The notes beneath the pieces are model-generated. The model did no database searches, was not told where the DNA came from, and worked only from the letters and a program-made list of their open reading frames with translations. Positions 59,812 through 64,000 of a stretch of 64,000 nucleotides of DNA are shown here, one piece after another. This DNA is from Zygnema circumcarinatum SAG 698-1b (taxonomy: Eukaryota > Plantae > Zygnematophyceae): the NCBI GenBank assembly GCA_037447605.1, contig CM074813.1:558001-622000 (forward strand). The letters run 5' to 3'. The position numbers and the translations under genes were made by a program. The stretch's first letter is position 1. Each line of letters begins with the position of its first letter.

Positions 59812-61927
59812 CGCAGCATGCGCGTACTGCATGCGAAAAGAGAGGGAGAGGTTGAAATAGGAGGAAGGGGGAGGGGGAGAGGGAGGGGAATAAAGAAGAA
59901 GGGGAAGGTGAGGGAATGTTGGGAGACAGTCGGAGTTGAAGGAGGAAAGGGGAAAAGAGAAAGAGGAGAGGAAAGAGAGGATGGGGTCAAAGAGGGAGGG
60001 ATGCATACAACTCTTTGTTGTGGGGACAAAGAGAGGGAGGAGGAGTGGGCGACGAAGATCAGAGCTTGAACTGAGGAGGGGGGAACAAAAGGAATGAGGT
60101 GAGGGAGGGAGGGAGGGGAGGAGAGGGAGGAGGAAGGAGAGGTCGAGAACAACAGGGAGGGAGAGAATTCGAGTGAAGAAGAACGAGGGGAGCGAGAGAG
60201 GTTGAGCGAAAGGGATCGAGAGGAGGAGATGCGGTGGAGAGAGGGAGGGAGGGCGAGAGGGAGGGAGAAGGAAAAGGAGGGAGGGGGAGAGAAAACAAAT
60301 CATGAAGGGAACAGTGGAGGATGAGGCAGAGGAAAATATGAAGTTGAGAAGATGAAATGGAAAGTTAAATAGAGAGGTAGGAGGAGAGCAAGAAATTAAA
60401 ACGATGGAGGACGGAGGTACAGGGTGAGGGAAATAAGGAAGAGATGGAGTGGAGAGGGACATAGAGTGGAAGAGGGAGAGGGCAAGGGAGAGGAAGAGGG
60501 AAAATATGAAGAGGGGGAAGAAGAAACACACAGGTCAATGCACATATGCTGGTACGAGAGTGAGAGGGAGAGAGAGAGAGAGAGCTTACCTCATGCAACC
60601 CCTCTCCGTCGTCATCAAACTCCTCCACTTCTTCTCCACTCCTTCCTCCCTCCGTCCTGTCCTCCCTCCTCTCTCCCTCCTCTCTCCCTCCTCTCCCTCC
60701 TCTCCCTCCCTCCCCTCTCTCGCTCTCTCTCTTCCCTCTCTCCCTCCCTCCTCGTCCTCGCGCAATGCGCGCAAAAATTCAAAGTTCAGACTTCACCAGA
60801 GGTTGCCCTGCAAACCGCAAACCGGCGAACCCTAAAATGGAAAACCGCCCGAGGGAAAAACTCGCCGCCCTCTCCACCAGGTCGGCGGAGGAGAAGGGAA
60901 AAACCGGAAACCGGGTTTGGGGTTTTGGGTTTCTGGGGACTTCGATGACGTGGCACAATATGGACTCGGACGGCTGGGATGGCTCGGAGGGGTGCACCGA
61001 CCAAAAAATCGGGTTACGGACAATCTGGAGGTTTGTGGGCGGTTATATCAGTTAACAACCAACGTGGCAAAATCGCAGCCGTTGTAAATGATCGGACGGT
61101 TGGTGGGCGAGGAAAAATAATCGCCGCTTACGACAGATCGACGCTTGTCGTTTTAAGTTTTGGATCTCGTGAGCTGACGTGGCGATCTCTGGGCCGTTCA
61201 AGAGAATCGTGGAAAACCACCTCTCAGAGCAAACCGGTCGTCGTTGGAAATCAACGGCCAGGATCGCTCAACTCGCCCCGCGACAAAAACGACTCGACGG
61301 CCACGATCACTCGGACCTCCAAGAGAGAAAAAAAACCTGCTTCTGTGGTTGCAAACTGTGCCACGTGGCTGGCTGTGACTGGCTAAAAATTGGCAGTGCA
61401 AGCGCTTGCACATATCTGAAGTTTGTAGTTTCAAAACCGCCGAAATCGGAGTAATGATAGTATACGTCATAATGACGCCATTGAAAACTGAACATCTACC
61501 CGAGCTTTTTCTTGACTTGGCCGCTAGTTTTCAGGTTGCAAACTCAGGTTCTAGGTTTGTGGAGTGACGTCTGAAACCCTTGCTCACGTTGTCAAGGTCG
61601 AAAACCGTGACTGAAACGGTGACGGGATCCGCCACACCGACCTATACTGTACGAAACCACGTGCGTCGTATGACGTAATCAAACACAGGAGAAAAACGAA
61701 CTGAACTGCTTGAAATTTGTATGACGTCATCTTAATGGTTTCTAGCTTGAAACTGCAAACCAGAAACCCGCTGGCAGGCCCGACCGCCCGAGAGAGAAAA
61801 AAAAACTGGAGTCGTCAGACCGCCAAATTCGTACAAACTCGACTACGTCATCACAAACTAGAATCCACAAACCAGATCCCCAGCTTCCTCTCTCCCGGGC
61901 CCGACCGAGTCCCTCCGGGCGGCCGCA

Positions 61928-63683
61928 ATGCCTCCTCCTCCGCCTGATGACGTCAGCATGCGGCCCCTGACGGAGGATGACGAGAGCGGCATGAGCGCGG
62001 AAGCTGCGCGGAAGCTGGCTCGAAACTTCTTCCTGGGCGGGTTCCTGGCGCTGCCCGGCCTCTGGCTCGTGAACTGCGCTCTGTTCGGCCCCGCGCTGCG
62101 TCGCCGCCAAGCGGGGGACGCCGCGCTCAGGAAGTGTGAGTGAGGGGGGGGGCGCAGGGTTCAGGGTTCAGGGTTTAGAGTTTAGGGTTTAGGGGGGTAG
62201 GGCTTGGGGTTAAAGGTGTAGGTTGTTAGGTTGGGGTGTAGGGGGTAGGGGTTGGGGTGTAGGGGTTTAAGCTGTAGGGTTTGGGGGGGCAGGGGGTAGG
62301 GATTAGGGTGTAGAGTGTAGGGTGTAGGGTTAGAGGTTAGGGTTAGGGGGTAGGGTGTAGGGTGTAGGGTGTACGGTGGAGGGTGTAGGCTGTACGGTGT
62401 AGGGTGTAGGGTGTAGGGTGTAGGGTTAGAGGTTAGGGTTAGGGGGTAGGGGTAGGGTGTATGGTGTAGGGTGTAGGGGTAGGGTGTAGGGTGTAGGGTG
62501 TAGGGTGTAGGGTGTAGGGTGTAGGGTGTAGAGTGTAGGGTGTAGGGTTAGAGGGTAGGGTTTGGGGGTAGGGGTAGGGGTTAGGGTGTAGGGTGTAGGG
62601 TCTAGGGTTAGAGGTTAGGGTTAGGGGGTAGGGGGTAGGGGTTAGGGTTTAGGGTGTAGGGTGTAGAGTGTAGAGTCTAAGGTTAGAGGTTACGGCTAGG
62701 GGGCAAGGGGGTAGGGGGTAGGGTTTAGGGTTTCGGATCTAGATTTAGGGGTTAGAGGGTTTAGGGTTAGGGTTAGGATTAGGTTCTAGGGGTGAGGGTT
62801 TCGAATTTAGGGTTTGGGGTTACGGTTTTTAGGGTTTAAGGATTGCATTTCAGGGGGTTGTAGGTTCTTGAGGTTTTGGGGTTGCGGTTCAGGGGTTAGA
62901 GTTGAAGGCTTCAGGGTATTAAAGTCAATTGTAGGGCGTTGCAGGTTTAGGGTTGAGGGTTGAGGGTTGAGGATTAGGTCGTCCTAAGTTTAGGGTTTGG
63001 GGTTGGGGGTGTGGGTCTGGGTTAGGTCTGCGGTTTTAGGATTTAAGGGCTTCTAAAAACGGCGTTTGGTGGCCGGGGATTAGGGTGTAAAGTTGTGGCT
63101 CAGGGTTTGGATGTAAAGGTTTGGGGTTTAGGGTTGAAGGATTTCAAGGTTGGGTTTAAGAGTTGAGGATTCAGCGCTTAAGATTTTTTTCATGTTTGCG
63201 GTAAAGGGTTCAAGGTCTGGTTTTAGGGGTGGGCAGTTGGAGTTTGAGATTTTTTGGTTTCGGAGGTTTGTTTAGGGCTTTGAGGTCTTAAAAATCCGTG
63301 TTTAGGGTTGGGGTTTAGGTCTAGGGTTCAGAGGTAGGTGTGGGATGTATAGTTTATGGTCAGGGTTTAGGGTTTAGAGTTTGAGGGTGGAGGGTTTAAC
63401 GTTAGGGTTTAGGGCGGAGGGTGGAGAGAAAATATTACTGTTATTTTTTTCTTACGAAAAGAAAAATACGTGACTTGATTTTGATTTTACTTTTCTGCCC
63501 CGACCTGCAGATGTGATCAGATCGGGGGTCGGATTCCTCGCTGTGACGACTTTGCTGCTGACGTGGAGTCTGACGTTTACCATTGGAGGGGAGAGAGTTT
63601 TCGGTTCCAAATGGAAAAATCTCGCTGTCTATAATCTTATGGATAAGCTTCAAGCCGTGCTCGAGATGGCAAATGCAGCTTGA
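61928..63683 (+). CDS. PEN2: Gamma-secretase subunit PEN-2 (126 aa)
   Basis: Exons 61928-62135 and 63511-63683 join in phase 1: ARNFFLGGFLALPGLWLVNC..F...LRKYVIRSGVGF...WSLTFTIGGERVFG..W..LAVYN. Confidence 0.92.
62150..63420 (+). repeat. Degenerate telomere-like array (TGTAGGG/TTAGGG/TTTAGGG) filling the PEN2 intron
   Basis: Near-continuous G-strand telomere variants over about 1.3 kb. Confidence 0.9.
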
Positions 63684-64000
63684 GAGAGAGGGAGGGCGAG
63701 AGAGAGAGGGAGAGAGAGGGAGGGCGAGAGAGGGAGGGAAAGAGCGGGAGGGGGGGAGAGAGAGGGAGAGAGGGAGAGAGGAGGGCGAGTGAGAGAGGGA
63801 GAGAGGGGGGCCAAAGAGGGAGGGAGAGAGGGGGAGGGAGAGAGAGGGAGAGAGAGGGGCGAGGAGGATGAGCACAAGTTAGCTTTTGTACATATTAAAT
63901 AGGAGAATACCGTTTGTATGCGAGGGGAAAGAAAGGAGTGGGCAGAAATTTGTCTATGTATGATTTTTTTTCCGCAAGAAATAAGAAATTTTGCTTTCTT

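Noticed and set aside
58720-60531. 603-aa ORF as a full-length protein
   Set aside because: The N-terminal ~235 aa translate a pyrimidine-rich intron. The real coding part begins after the acceptor at ~59829.

Overview
Eukaryotic nuclear DNA from a green plant lineage, probably a streptophyte alga (inferred from land-plant gene families, GT-AG introns, and introns packed with CT/GA microsatellites and degenerate TTAGGG/TTTAGGG repeats). Splicing by eye gives about 12 genes: a candidate ~62-aa single-pass membrane protein, organellar methionine aminopeptidase 1, a bacterial-style GT2 glycosyltransferase, eIF5A, HOZ/HugZ-like protein, plastid GNAT (NSI/SNAT1 type), chloroplast LepA, a large secreted mosaic protein, an intronless MntH-like NRAMP, an ALMT channel with a frame break, a trihelix Myb/SANT protein and PEN2. 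The standout is the minus-strand gene at 31683-45023: signal peptide, nine hevein-like (chitin-binding type 1) modules on phase-1 exons in a C-A-B x3 order, a Ser/Pro extensin-like stalk, a papain domain with intact Cys/His/Asn and no visible I29 prodomain, two EGF-like repeats and up to four LysM-like modules. The window also holds five non-autonomous DNA elements (two Tc1/mariner-type, one hAT-type, two Mutator-like), a 1.2-kb 17-bp intronic minisatellite and several assembly gaps. Most long ORFs in the supplied track are microsatellite artefacts. All exon structures and family calls are manual; no database search was run.
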